Part shown: one piece after another, positions 1 to 10,375 of the stretch | Position numbering within the stretch: position 1 is the stretch's first letter | How the letters are laid out: the number at the start of each line of letters is the position of its first letter | Assembly: GCA_029953675.1 (NCBI GenBank) | Contig: JAMWBK010000004.1 | Location: 434,001-498,000 of the forward strand | From: Rhodosorus marinus CCMP1338 | Lineage: Eukaryota; Plantae; Rhodophyta | Direction: 5' to 3' | Length of the DNA: 64,000 bases | Position numbers and translations under genes: made by a program | The notes under the pieces: model-generated | Database searches by the model: none | What the model was told of the DNA's origin: nothing | The model's input: the letters and a program-made list of their open reading frames with translations, nothing else

Positions 1-184
1 TGGAGGGTCTTAAACCAGATATCAAACGGTATATATACATCCAAGATGTGACTACGTTCGAGGATGCCCAGTCTCTGGGCCTAAAAATCGAAGGAGCTGA
101 CCACGCGAGTCAGGGGCTTCGACGGGATCCGCAAGACCAGCGACACCGTAAACCAGAGAGCCAAATAAACCCGATACCACGGGG
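1..184 (+). mobile_element. Truncated Ty3/gypsy gag fragment, inverted copy of ~748-931
   Basis: 1-184 is the reverse complement of ~748-931 (2 mismatches seen); it encodes EGLKPDIKRYIYIQDVTTFEDAQSLGLKIEGAD..., as in the minus-strand gag. It starts before the window edge and breaks at 184/185. Confidence 0.9.
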
Positions 185-590
185 TTCAACATCAGCAGCT
201 GATTTGGTAGGTCGAATCTTGCTTGATAGTAGTTGAGAAAATCTCTTCCCAAATACCCTGGGCTTGTGGCGTCTTCCACAACGTAAGGTTGCCAGTCGAA
301 GCTGTGACCGCCCAGTTGTAAGGTTACGTTGGCTTCGCCCAAGATTTATATGGATGTGCCCGGGGAGGCCGTGTCCAATTTCCCGTGTTCAGTCGGAATT
401 ATTGGGGTGGCGTCCGGTCTTCCTCTCAGTACGGAGTGGCTGCTACCTGTATCGACGAGCAGGGAAATCCTCTTGCCGTTGACCAGCCCTTCCACGGTCA
501 TGTCTTCCCTCATCGGAACCGGGGCGCCTTTATCAGCAACAGTATCGGCACCTCCTACTGCTGCTCCTCTTTTAACTCTGAAAACGAAGG
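185..590 (-). pseudogene. Retrotransposon aspartic protease (start of pol), interrupted by an in-frame stop and truncated before RT
   Basis: Manual translation gives RISLLVDTGSSHSVL (D-T-G active site)...GTSI*ILGEANVTLQLGG...YLGRDFL. The frame is -1 relative to gag and there is a TAA at ~346-348. Confidence 0.85.
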
Positions 591-1337
591 GGGTGCCGAT
601 TTTGACACAGTTGGGTCCCGACCCGGGTTATTCCAACAGATTCTTTGGGTATGTCCTTTCTTGCCGCAGAAATTGCAAATGACGTTGACATATTTCCCGT
701 TGCGTAGCTCCTGGGTTTTGGGTTGGTACGAAAGGCCGGATCTTGTTCCCCGTGGTATCAGGTTTATTTGGCTCTCTGGTTTACGGTGTCGCTGGTCTTG
801 CGGATCCCGTCGAAGCCCCTGACTCGCGTGGTCAGCTCCTTCGATTTTTAGGCCCAGAGACTGGGCATCCTCGAACGTAGTCACATCTTGGATATATATA
901 TACCGTTTGATATCTGGTTTAAGACCCTCCACAAATCGGTCAAATTTCTCTGAATCAGAGATTTCTCCCACTTGTATAAGGCATTGGTTGAAATATGCCG
1001 TATACGACGCGACTGTCGCGCGCTGGGTGGCTCGCGCAAGTCGTTGTTTGGCTCTGATCTTCGTGTCCGCTGGATAGAATTGAGATTTCAGCAGAATCTC
1101 AAAACCTTCAAACGTAGTAGGTTTTTGGTCGTCGGGAATCAAGCACCACCAGTAAGACGCGTCACCGGTTAAGTACCCTTCCACCAGGGTAATTTTATAA
1201 TCGTCGTCATCATCAGAGAGTCGAGCTAACTTGAAGTATGTTCTCAGGTTGTTCAAGAAGGTGCTTATGAGCAACGCGTCCCTTCTTCCGTCGTAAGCCT
1301 TCGGCTGCGGGGCTTGGATTTTGATCAATGCGGCCAT
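555..1337 (-). CDS. Ty3/gypsy-type Gag (retrotransposon gag domain plus CCHC zinc knuckle)
   Basis: PKAYDGRRD...FLNNLRTYF, YLTGDASYWW, TVASYTAYF, RFVEGLKPDI and the CNFCGKKGHTQRIC knuckle. Confidence 0.92.
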   Translation of the reverse strand: MAALIKIQAPQPKAYDGRRDALLISTFLNNLRTYFKLARLSDDDDDYKITLVEGYLTGDASYWWCLIPDDQKPTTFEGFEILLKSQFYPADTKIRAKQRLARATQRATVASYTAYFNQCLIQVGEISDSEKFDRFVEGLKPDIKRYIYIQDVTTFEDAQSLGLKIEGADHASQGLRRDPQDQRHRKPESQINLIPRGTRSGLSYQPKTQELRNGKYVNVICNFCGKKGHTQRICWNNPGRDPTVSKSAPPSFSELKEEQQ

Positions 1338-1528
1338 TCTGGTTCTGTCAGGTTTTCTGGTTCAGGGTTCTGGTTCTATACGGGTTCTCGTGGTTCACTG
1401 GTTATATAGGATTCCTCTGGTTCAACTGGTATAGGATTCCTCTGGTTCTTTTCTGGTTCTAGTAGTACTGGGCTCACTTTTCAGGTTCGCATAATGGTTC
1501 CTCAATCGCAACTTGCGATGAGACCACT

Positions 1529-1990
1529 TGATACGTCTCAACTATCAACCGGGTTGACGTCTCCAATTATTCCAGAATTCAGGTTTACTTCCCCCTAATT
1601 ACTCCCTAATTAGGGAATATATCCCAATTCTAACCTTTTGCTATTAATTCTGGTTCTCTCCCCTCCTCCTTCTCCAGCGAACCTTAGTGGCATCGGATTT
1701 TCCATCGTATTTATACTCTTGCTTCATCGGGACGTGCAATAACCATTGGGACCAAACTGGTGTTGCACCTCCATAGATTCTGGCACAGCCCGAGCATAAT
1801 TTTGCATAGCCGGACGTTGCTGGAAGGTGCAGACGTCACATCTCCTCCTGCAGACTCTGATGATGATACCGACTCTTCTGTGTTGATGATGTAGACTCTG
1901 ATGATCAAACTCTTCTGTGTCTACTCTCTTCTGTGTTGATGATGCAGACTCTGATGATCAGACTCTTCTGTGTCTGCATCATCATCAGAG
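1529..1990 (-). mobile_element. Putative 5' LTR of the gypsy element, with a PBS-like site at ~1512-1526
   Basis: The minus strand reads ...GTATCA|AG|TGGTCTCATCGC (LTR end, 2-nt spacer, TGG-initial PBS). TATAAATA lies at ~1707-1714 on the minus strand, and short repeats at 1850-1996 resemble U3. The distal boundary is uncertain and no second LTR is in the window. Confidence 0.45.
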
Positions 1991-1996
1991 TCTGCA
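1850..1996. repeat. Short direct and inverted repeats (GACTCTGATGAT / ACTCTTCTGTGT units)
   Basis: Repeated units are visible; TGCAGACTCTGATGAT (~1943-1958) is inverted at ~1981-1996. Confidence 0.8.
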
Positions 1997-2099
1997 AGAG
2001 GAGATCGATTCGGGAGGACGGCTGTCTAATGGACAGCTGTCTCGACAGCAGTTGTCCCAGATGGGACACCGCGCATGTGGGACATCCGCGGCCGCCGTC

Positions 2100-2633
2100 G
2101 TCGCGCCCGGACACGGGGCATCGGCAAAAGCAGTGAGCGCGGAAGTCAGTTCCGCGAGGCGGTTGGCTTCAGCAGCAGCAGCAACAGAGCAGGAAGGTGA
2201 ACTCAGGAGGGTGGCATACGAGTCCCAATGTATGTCCCCACGAAAGGGTTTTTTGGATTACATTGGTCCTCGAAAGGGCCGGACCCTACCGGGAAACGCC
2301 CTCCTCTGGCGGGCTCGACGGTACAGCCACGGCTTCAATATTCTCGGCAGTTTCTGCACCATTTCCAGCACACGGCGCTGCGGCAGAGACTCCCGAACGC
2401 TGGCCGCCGAGTGAGTCAAGAACTGCCGCCCAGGAATCGCAACGAGCCTGGGTACCACTCGGCAGGGCAGTACATTGTTGAAAGGCGGCCTCCAGTTCCG
2501 CAAAAACCACCCCGAGCCGCGGGGCGAGAGTCGCATCCAGCCTCCCAACCCGAAGCCCTCTCAACATACCACTCACATGCGGATCACGCTCCGTAGACCT
2601 TGTATTAACCGCGTTGGCCCACGAACTCACCAA
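2100..2633 (-). mobile_element. Degenerate CRE-like non-LTR retroelement fragment (post-RT linker)
   Basis: LAPRLGVVFAELEAAFQQCTALP...SRTNVIQKTRSWGH aligns by eye with LPPPLLSIYDALQQAFSKCNAVP...SRTDVIQHSRTWGQH in the 7.9-10 kb element and with 11650-12370. Confidence 0.75.
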
Positions 2634-4129
2634 TCCTCTCTACTTTGTTGAAAACTCCTCCTGCGCCGAGAACTGTTTTAGCGAATAAGGTTTTGACACG
2701 CGCCCGTGTTTCTTTAATGCCGGATTTTGACCGTTTCTCTTCGGAATCCCGCGCCCCTTCGGATCTTCTTGGCGCTTGCGCAGAGGACATTCTGACCTTG
2801 GCGGTTTCGGCCCATTTTCAGAGGCTTTCGAGGGGTCAGAAAAACCTTCTAGATCGTCTCCCAAATAGGGATTTCCTCCACATGCTGCTGTACAAGATTT
2901 CCTTGCCTCGGAAACTCCGCTTTTGGAAAATCATCCTGACTTTGCTCAGGTGTTTCCAGCTGGGCGTCTTTCTGTCGGTGCGGAGCCTTGTGAAGACGTG
3001 GGGGAGCCACCTTCTATGAATGTAAATGTCGATCCTGAGGTGGTCCCGCTCGCCATTGAGTCGAGCACCCCTTCGCCCTTTGGCGTCCGGGGGAGGGTCT
3101 CCGGCTCCTTAGGGGCTATCTATTTTCTCTCTCCTCTTTGCTCGATGGCCCCGCCGTGGGGCGATCACGCACTCCTGCCTGGGCCGGACGCTGTTGACGC
3201 ACGGAGGGCCTGCAGAGGACAAGGACGTCCGCTCCAGATGACGAGGGTGCTAAGCCGGGAGACACATCGTCATTCTCCGCCACACCGGTTACCTCACAAG
3301 CACCACCGCCGGTGCCTCCGGTCCCCTAGCGCTGAATCTGGTTTTGGCCCCGAATGGCACTCCCCGACGGCGAACTGTCCCGCGCAGCCCCCGTCGCCCT
3401 CACCTGCCTCGGGACAAGTTCAATTTGACTAACCGGCCGATTTTTACTGCCTTCAGCAACCGTCGTAATTCTGGGATTCAAACTGCTACCCGGGTTTGAA
3501 TTTCCCCGCGAAACCAGTCCCGATTCCAGCCCTCCAAGCTTCTGGGTTAGCTGAGGCAGGACGCCTCGATCACCCGCAGCAGTGATGAGGCTGATGACCG
3601 CCGCGAGTAGGGCACGCACTTGCGTGCCAGCTGCACCCTCCAATTCAACCTCTGAAAAGAAGGTGCCGCAGCTGAGGCGCACACTGAGTCCAACACCTGG
3701 CGGTGCCTCCTTGTTATGGAGCTCCGTCGAGCTCGGCGTCACCCCTACAATCCTGAGGGGATGTGTAAGAGAAACGTTGCGGCACTAAAGAAACCTCACC
3801 AAGGGAATGATTGACCACACCCGACCAGATAGGGAAAGCCCCTCAACGCACCCCCACGAGAGAGAGAGGAAGTTGCAGTTGCAAGCGACACCCCTCGGAA
3901 AAGCGGGGGGAAGGACTACCAGGGGAAGAGTTTCCCACAAACGAACACGCTCGCGACCGAAAAAGATTCAAAACCCCACTTCTTCTCCCCAGCCATTTTT
4001 CTAGCTTTGGTGTATTAGCTCACAGTGGCTCATGACGGTTCCAGCCTTTCCGCCCGTGACGCTTACGGATTTCGAAGTGCGTACTTCTGCGCTATTACCT
4101 CGGGTTACGTCAACCCCCCTGGCCTTACG

Positions 4130-4795
4130 ATATGGGTTCGCCGTGCCCTCTCTCCTCCCTGACTGAAGACACCGCAGATTTTGGCGCTCATCTGCTCGCC
4201 AGTTGCCCAGGGGTGCAAGGCGCGCGAACCCGTCGCCATACGCGGCTCTTGAACTTATTATACCGGGAAATTCGGGTCATCGTTCGGCAAGGCGGTCTCG
4301 AAATTGAACGTGAGAAGCCCCTGCCTGTCGCAGACTCCCAAACCGATGAGTGCTGAGTGGCCGGCCTAGTGCTTGGCTGCGACGATAGCCGCCGCAGTAC
4401 ATCCGTGGACCTGGCTGTTCCAAATCCCCAGGCTAGTCGTTATCTGCCTGCAGCGGGAGAGCGCCGTGGATTTGCCGCTGTCAGTATGCGTCGCCATAAA
4501 GGGGCGAAATATGCGAGGGCTCTGTCTACCCCAGAGGTTCGTGCTTAGGCTCTCGCACACCGGCTGGTGCCTCTAATCATCGAATCGTTTGGGTTTGTAG
4601 ACTCCATTGGATCTCGTTGGCTTCGGGAGATATTCCGTGAACGCCCGAACCGTCTAGAATCTTTGTTTACTCGCTTGAGTTTCTTGTTATGGCGCATGAA
4701 CGCTGCGTTGCTATTGGAGGCTCGCGACCTTCGCGGCGCTTAGTCTTTTTTCCCGTCGGGTTTTCCTCTTTCAGTCTCCGATTAAACAATTCATC
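4130..4795 (+). mobile_element. 5'-truncated CRE/R2-like element, family A (REL endonuclease end plus 3' UTR)
   Basis: HLLASC...RRHTRL...IEREKPLP...VDLAVPNP...KGAKY...LVPLIIESFG...LLLEARDLRGA*, with internal stops. Ends TCAGTCTCCGATTAAACAATTCATC. Confidence 0.85.
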
Positions 4796-5261
4796 ATATA
4801 TGCCAATCAAGAACACGTGTATCAGGTCTCCACGTTCTAGATGAGCCCATCTGCTTCAAATCCAATCCGAATCCTTCCCACTTGAGGGGGCCGTTCGACC
4901 CCCGGGGGGGGGGGGGTTAGGTTTGATACCTCCAGCTTGTTACGTTTATTCCAACTTGTTCAAACTACCGAAAGTAGCGCTAGTGATACTAGAGGGAAAC
5001 AGGAGGAGCTAGGCTAAGGAGACCCAGAGCGGGGTAGAAGTCTACTTTCGTACTTTCGATAGGGAACAGTTTCCGAACGTGATTATCATTGTGCATGGCA
5101 CGGATCGCCAAGCGAGCCGTACCACGCCATAGCTCTCGATTAAGGTCCACGTTACGAGCGTTTGGGCGTCCGCTTTGCGCTCAAGATGTTCGGTAGTTTC
5201 GCTAGTGAAGTCTTGGACCGCTTGGCCAAGTCATCCCAAAAACAACTAGAAGACGTTGATA

Positions 5262-5400
5262 CTGGTTTTATTAGCATAGCCTAAAGCGCTACGCAAAGCG
5301 TGAAAAGGAACTGAGAACTAGGTAGGGAAGCGTGCAAACCCAACGCCGATGGCGCGCCTCGGCAAGCATGCTGCTCGAATATCGCCACAGAGAGACACTA
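5262..5400 (-). mobile_element. 3'-end relic of CRE-like family B (~140 bp)
   Basis: Near-identical to 7949-8090 and 10024-10155 (AGCATAGCCTAAAGCGCTACGCAAA...GCATGCTGCTCGAATATCGC). Confidence 0.9.
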
Positions 5401-5507
5401 ATACTTGATACTAGAAGCACCATACAATTTATGAGAAGCCTTCAGCGCAGACATAGGCCACCGGCATTTTTTTCAGTTAGGCTTTTCACACAAGCCATAT
5501 GACTGGT

Positions 5508-6461
5508 TTACCGAGTAAAGTTCGTAAACCTGTCAGATGGATCCACCTCGTCCGAGACTATGCGGTTATCGCCAGTACCACCGTAAAATAGGTCTGTTTC
5601 TCCGTCGGGGCCCACATCATAAACGCGATCGCTACCATCTTTGCCGAAAAACCTATCTCTTCCATCCCCCGGAGTGAAATGGTCTGTACTATCAAAGCCG
5701 TAGAAGGTGTCATCCCCTCCACCTCCGAAGACATAGTCTGGCAGATACGAGCCGAACACAAAATCGTTCCCTTCGGCGGCGAAGACTTTGTTAACCTCTC
5801 TCGGGGTTTCGATATAGAAGACGTCGTCCTCATCGCTTCCGTAAAAATAGGTATAGTATGGGGGGGCTATACGGCCGGGCCTTGTAATCAAGTTGGGGCA
5901 GGTAATCTTCAGGTCACAGCCCTCTCCAGAGCATCTGAAGTCATCGACCGTCATTGTTTCTTCTTCACCGTCCACATCAACTGTCGCCTCGATTACAAGG
6001 CAACGAGTCGTATCGCAGCAAAGTTCCGACGCGGGAATTTTCTTGAAGCAGAGGAGGACGCTGTTAGCCAGGCCGTTCTTTTTCGTCGTCGGGTCCGCAT
6101 ATACTTGAAACTTCGAATCATCGCTGGGGATCGAGTTGCAGTCCGGGTGCACGCCAACGCTAATGCTTTTTACACTCGTTTTGGGCACATTCAGCACCGA
6201 GGCCTTAATACACTGACGACCGGTGCTCTTTGTACCATAGTTCTTCACGCAGAACTTTGCAGATCCGAGGTTCGATTTGCGGCAGTACGTCTCAGTCCAT
6301 AGAATCCTCCCGTCCGTCTGCAAATTTGCCCCTGGGTAGTCTTCCCCAGCGTCCTCCGCTGGGGCAGGAAGCTCAAAACTCTCGCAAGTTGTTTCTGGAT
6401 CAGCATTCGCGCGGTGAACCACCACCACCACCGAAGCAAACAAAACTAAAAACCCCTTCAT
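5508..6461 (-). CDS. Secreted protein: signal peptide, Cys-rich domain, C-terminal RTX/hemolysin-type Ca-binding repeats
   Basis: Intronless ORF; likely start MKGFLVLFASVVVVVHRANA at 6461; about a dozen Cys in the N-terminal half; GGxGxD-like nonapeptides FGGGGDDTFYG, PGDGRDRFFG, KDGSDRVYD, YGGTGDNRIV. Confidence 0.85.
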   Translation of the reverse strand: MKGFLVLFASVVVVVHRANADPETTCESFELPAPAEDAGEDYPGANLQTDGRILWTETYCRKSNLGSAKFCVKNYGTKSTGRQCIKASVLNVPKTSVKSISVGVHPDCNSIPSDDSKFQVYADPTTKKNGLANSVLLCFKKIPASELCCDTTRCLVIEATVDVDGEEETMTVDDFRCSGEGCDLKITCPNLITRPGRIAPPYYTYFYGSDEDDVFYIETPREVNKVFAAEGNDFVFGSYLPDYVFGGGGDDTFYGFDSTDHFTPGDGRDRFFGKDGSDRVYDVGPDGETDLFYGGTGDNRIVSDEVDPSDRFTNFTR

Positions 6462-6789
6462 CCTGCAGAAATCACTACCAACAAAAAAAGAAACCAACAC
6501 CCCACCACTGCCCCAACCCAGAGTGGACCGGTCCCTTCCCTCTTCGCCTAACCTCGTCTTATAATCGTCCTCCCCTCTAACCCTGGTGCATTTAGCTTAG
6601 CTACTAACGTCCGATCCAAAAAGAATTCACCAGCACCCCCCAAGATAGCCAGCTCCCCCTCCCATTCCAAACTTTGCAAAAAAACAAAAAAAAACATCCC
6701 CCCTCACCATATCACATCATACTCTCCGTCTTGCAAATTGAACAAAGAAAATCCACGTCATTCTACCGCCACGGACATTAACCCCAAGC

Positions 6790-6880
6790 GTTACTATTGG
6801 AGGCGCGCGACCTTCGCCTCGCTCCGTTTTTTTTCCCTCCGGTTTTTTTTTCTTTCAGTCTCCGATTAAACCATTCATTT
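6790..6880 (+). mobile_element. Minimal family A 3'-end insertion, bracketed by a 33-bp direct repeat (6757-6789 / 6905-6937)
   Basis: Matches 4710-4795 (CTATTGGAGG...CGACCTTCGC...TCAGTCTCCGATTAAAC). The flanks GTCATTCTACCGCCnnnGACATTAACCCCAAGC are identical at 30/33 positions. Confidence 0.8.
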
Positions 6881-7948
6881 CCACCCCAAACTGTCAAAAC
6901 ACCTGTCATTCTACCGCCGCTGACATTAACCCCAAGCTGTTTAGGCTTCCGTTCCCAATCCAACAAAGTGGGATCCCTTCAAGGGGAAGGGGGGAACAAG
7001 GGGATCCCACAGGGCCCAACGGATGCTGTTAGGCAACAATTCCAAAATCCACCAAAGTGGAATTCCTTCAAGGGGAAGAGGAACAAGGAGATCCCTCTGG
7101 ATACCAAGAAAAGCCCATCCACCACCACCGCCATGGCCCCCCCCCCCCTTCCACTTGAAGGTGGGGAACATGGCAATCCCACTGGATACGAAAAAAGCCG
7201 ATGCACTACCGATGCTATGGTGGTGCTCAACGATTTGTTTTTGGAAAACAAAATAGAACATCTATCCCACCAACAGATTTTCTTGAACCACGCAACCGAC
7301 CACCCCCCACCTCCCATCCCCAACCCAACACCTTCCATCGCCTCTCTCGCGCAACACCTTACCCTTCCCCCTACCAAGGGGGCCCAACCATTTCGTTTTG
7401 TGGAGGGTAAACGGCCACAATCTTTGTTGTTACAAAATTTCATTATTTTTTAAACGAGGTCGGGCCCGGGGAGGGGAGACAGGAAGACCCGGGGGTTTGG
7501 ACACTCCCCAAAAATTGGTGCTCAGGTTTTCCCGCATTTTGGCCGTGTCTCCCCCCCGGTTTTTGAGCCGTTTTAGATGGCGACACTTAAATCCGATTTA
7601 GCTCGGAGAACTAAATCGGCTGCACGCCCTGCGATTAGAGATTTGGATTGTAAGTACATGTTTTTCCCCAGAAGAGAGGGGGGGGGGGGTGTAAGGTCGC
7701 GAACAAGGCGAAAATTAGTTGGATAGATTAGATTTTTCGAAGAAGATCAACTTTTCCACAACAAACCCCGGCGTTGGAGGGTGAAATGGGTGCTTTTGTT
7801 TTCCGGCCTTGGAGGGGTCGGTTTGGTCAGGTGGATAGAAGTCGGGTTTTGGAGGGTGCTTTGCGGCAATGTATCGCGGAGCATAATCCTCTCGAATGAA
7901 GGGGAACTCTTAAAACTCGTTTCAGTGGCGCCCTGGGGGGGCGATATT

Positions 7949-10010
7949 CTGGTTTTATGAGCATAGCCTAAAGCGCTACGCAAAACGTGAAGGGAACTAA
8001 GAGCTAGGTAGGGAAGCGTGCAAACCCAGGCGCCGATGGCGCGCCTCTGCAAGCATGCTGCTCGAATATCGCCACAGAGAGACACTTAAAACGCCGCAAA
8101 AGTTCCAAGTACTCAACAGGATGCTCAGTAAAAAAGCCACTCCAAACCCGACTTCTCCTCGTGACCAAAGCTTTCCACAATTAAAGGATGGAACCAGCGG
8201 GAGCGACCCTCAGCGCGAGGCAGACTGGCCATACTCTCAGCATACCGTTGTTCCTTCACTCGGTGAAGGGCCGAAGCAGCTGCTCCCAGGCGGCGGGTGG
8301 CAAGCGCCGTGAGATGGGCGCTTGCCACTGGGCATGTAATCGCGAGGTCAACATATGCTGAGCGTGTGGCGGCAGCATCGGAGACGAGGAGATCTGCGAT
8401 ACAGCGGGGCGGTGCCGTGCCCGAGACCGATCTGGGTAGTTCCGATTCCACCTCAACCGTATGCCCTACCCGAGTCAAACATTCGCTGAGAATGTACTTG
8501 AAGCGAGTGTGACGCCTCGGCCGAAGACCTCGCAACAGTCCGCATGAACCTAAGAAGTGGTAACCACAAGCATCGATCCGACTCTCACATCCCTGACAGA
8601 AAGACGGCCGATCAGAGTGCCACGGAGCTTGCCGCAAACCCAGATAGATCCGTGCAGCAGAGCGGAACTGAAAGGCATCGAGAAAGTAACCCAGTGACGA
8701 AGGCAGCGTGGTTAACCACAAGCGCGACAGGTTGCCTCCCATGCCGCGGAGGCGTGCGGGGGTAGTAGGCGGTGTGAGGGGGTTAGTTGAGCAAGATGAC
8801 GTGAGCGGCAATGTGTTGGCCCCAGGTGCGGCTATGTTGAATCACATCAGTGCGCGAGCTCCTCAATCGGCTCAGCACCGGGTAATCGGCAACCGGTGAC
8901 CCGAGGCTAGCTTCCCCCTCGTCGGCGAGTACTCTGTCGATGGGAGAGTCCTCGATCGCCGCGGTTGGTCCCCACAAGAGCTCCTTGCAGGAGCGAAATC
9001 TGGATCGGCTCTCGTCCGGCACGGCGTTGCACTTACTGAACGCCTGTTGCAGAGCATCATAGATACTCAAAAGCGGAGGTGGAAGGGTCACGGGGTCTTC
9101 GCTAGTCAGTGCTCTAGCCAAAAAGCGGGCACTTCGCATCCGAAAATTCACCAAGGTGCAAAGCACGGTAGCCCAGGAAGCGAGCATACGAGTCCACGGT
9201 CGGCCACTCTAATCGCAACGGTAGGGACATCTGGGCACGAATTAGGTCCCTGTCAGGCGCCGCTTCCACATCCAGGGGTTCATCCATTCATCCAAGAGCG
9301 TTCCCCATGCTTCAGCATCGCCTCGTCCGGCTGGGCTGCTATCCACGAGCCCCAGTGTGGTGGAAGGCTTCGCAGCCAGTAATTCAGCCGGGGGCCGGCA
9401 CAAAAGCCGGAAAGCAGGCAAGCCGATTCTAGCATGCTGTCCGGTAGGCGCTCAATGGCTTCGGTGAGCTGCTTATGGCGTGCTGAAACTCGTTCGCAAG
9501 AGTCTTGCACGAAGTTGTCACTCCCCAAACCGACGCCATGATGCTCGAGCCCCTCATGTTCACCAAAGACTTGGAGACTAGATGGCAGGGAGCCCCTCGA
9601 AACTTCACGCGGGGCGAGAAACGGCATTTCTCGGGTTCCACGGTCAGACCTACTCCACGTGCTACGCGGCGCTCCTGTTCGGAGAGCCCTTCAGTCTGCC
9701 CTGTGGTCAGAAATTGCCCCGAGAGACGGTCGAATGCGAAATGCAGGGTGACCTGGGGGTGAGAACGCAACCAGCGGGCGTTTCAGGCCACTGTTCGGTG
9801 GGCTTGCCTGGTAAAGCCTGGAGGTACTTTGCCGCCCAAGGATTCCTCGAAAATGTTGCGGAAATCGCGCATATTCGGCACCTGGCCACAGGTTGTCTGC
9901 GGCCGAACGTTCCGCACCCACGCAAATTGCAAGGTCGTGTCTGTGGTTCCAACACTAGCCTCCGTATGAGGCAAAAGTCTTATCATTTCCGCCGTACGGA
10001 CGGCTGTGTT
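7949..10010 (-). mobile_element. Longest CRE/R2-like non-LTR retrotransposon copy (family B): RT C-terminal part, linker, CCHC finger, REL endonuclease, 3' UTR; frameshifted
   Basis: GVGLTVEPEKC and GVGLGSDNFV (RT motifs 6-7), GPRLNYWLRSLPP, FCQGC...HFLGSC (CCHC), RRH, IADLLV...YVDLAI...KEQRY...FHPLIVESFG (PD-(D/E)xK-type REL). Confidence 0.9.
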
Positions 10011-10023
10011 GCCCTTGGAATAT

Positions 10024-10320
10024 AACTAGCATAGCCTAAAGCGCTACGCAAAGCGTGAAAAGCAACTAACAACTTGGCCGGGAAGCGTGCAAACCCAGGC
10101 GCCGATGGCGAGCCTCGGCAAGCATGCTGCTCGAATATCGCTACAGAGAGACACTTAAACGCCGCAAAAGTTCCAAGTATTCAACAGGATGCTCAGTAAA
10201 ACATTTCCGCAACCACTCCAAACCCGACATCCCCACGTGACCAAAGCTTTCCGCGATGAAAGGCTGGAACTGGTGGTAGCGACCCTCAGCGTGAGGCAGC
10301 ATTGTTGCTGGACAGGACGC
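10024..10320 (-). mobile_element. Family B 3' fragment, head-to-tail with the 7.9-10 kb copy
   Basis: EGRYHQFQPFIAESFGHVGMSGLEWLRKCF...; nucleotide similarity to 7960-8230. Confidence 0.88.
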
Positions 10321-10375
10321 GCGAGTTCTACACGATACTAGGCACAAAATTACAAACTGTGATAGGCTGGTTTTG

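Noticed and set aside
5679-6302. 207-aa + ORF
   Set aside because: Antisense shadow of the RTX-repeat gene.
6797-7453. Overlapping 100-218 aa ORFs on both strands
   Set aside because: Low-complexity C/G-skewed sequence with degenerate ~90-bp repeats and no recognisable motif.
4900-7695. Poly-G runs as telomeric repeats
   Set aside because: They are homopolymers without a repeating telomere unit.
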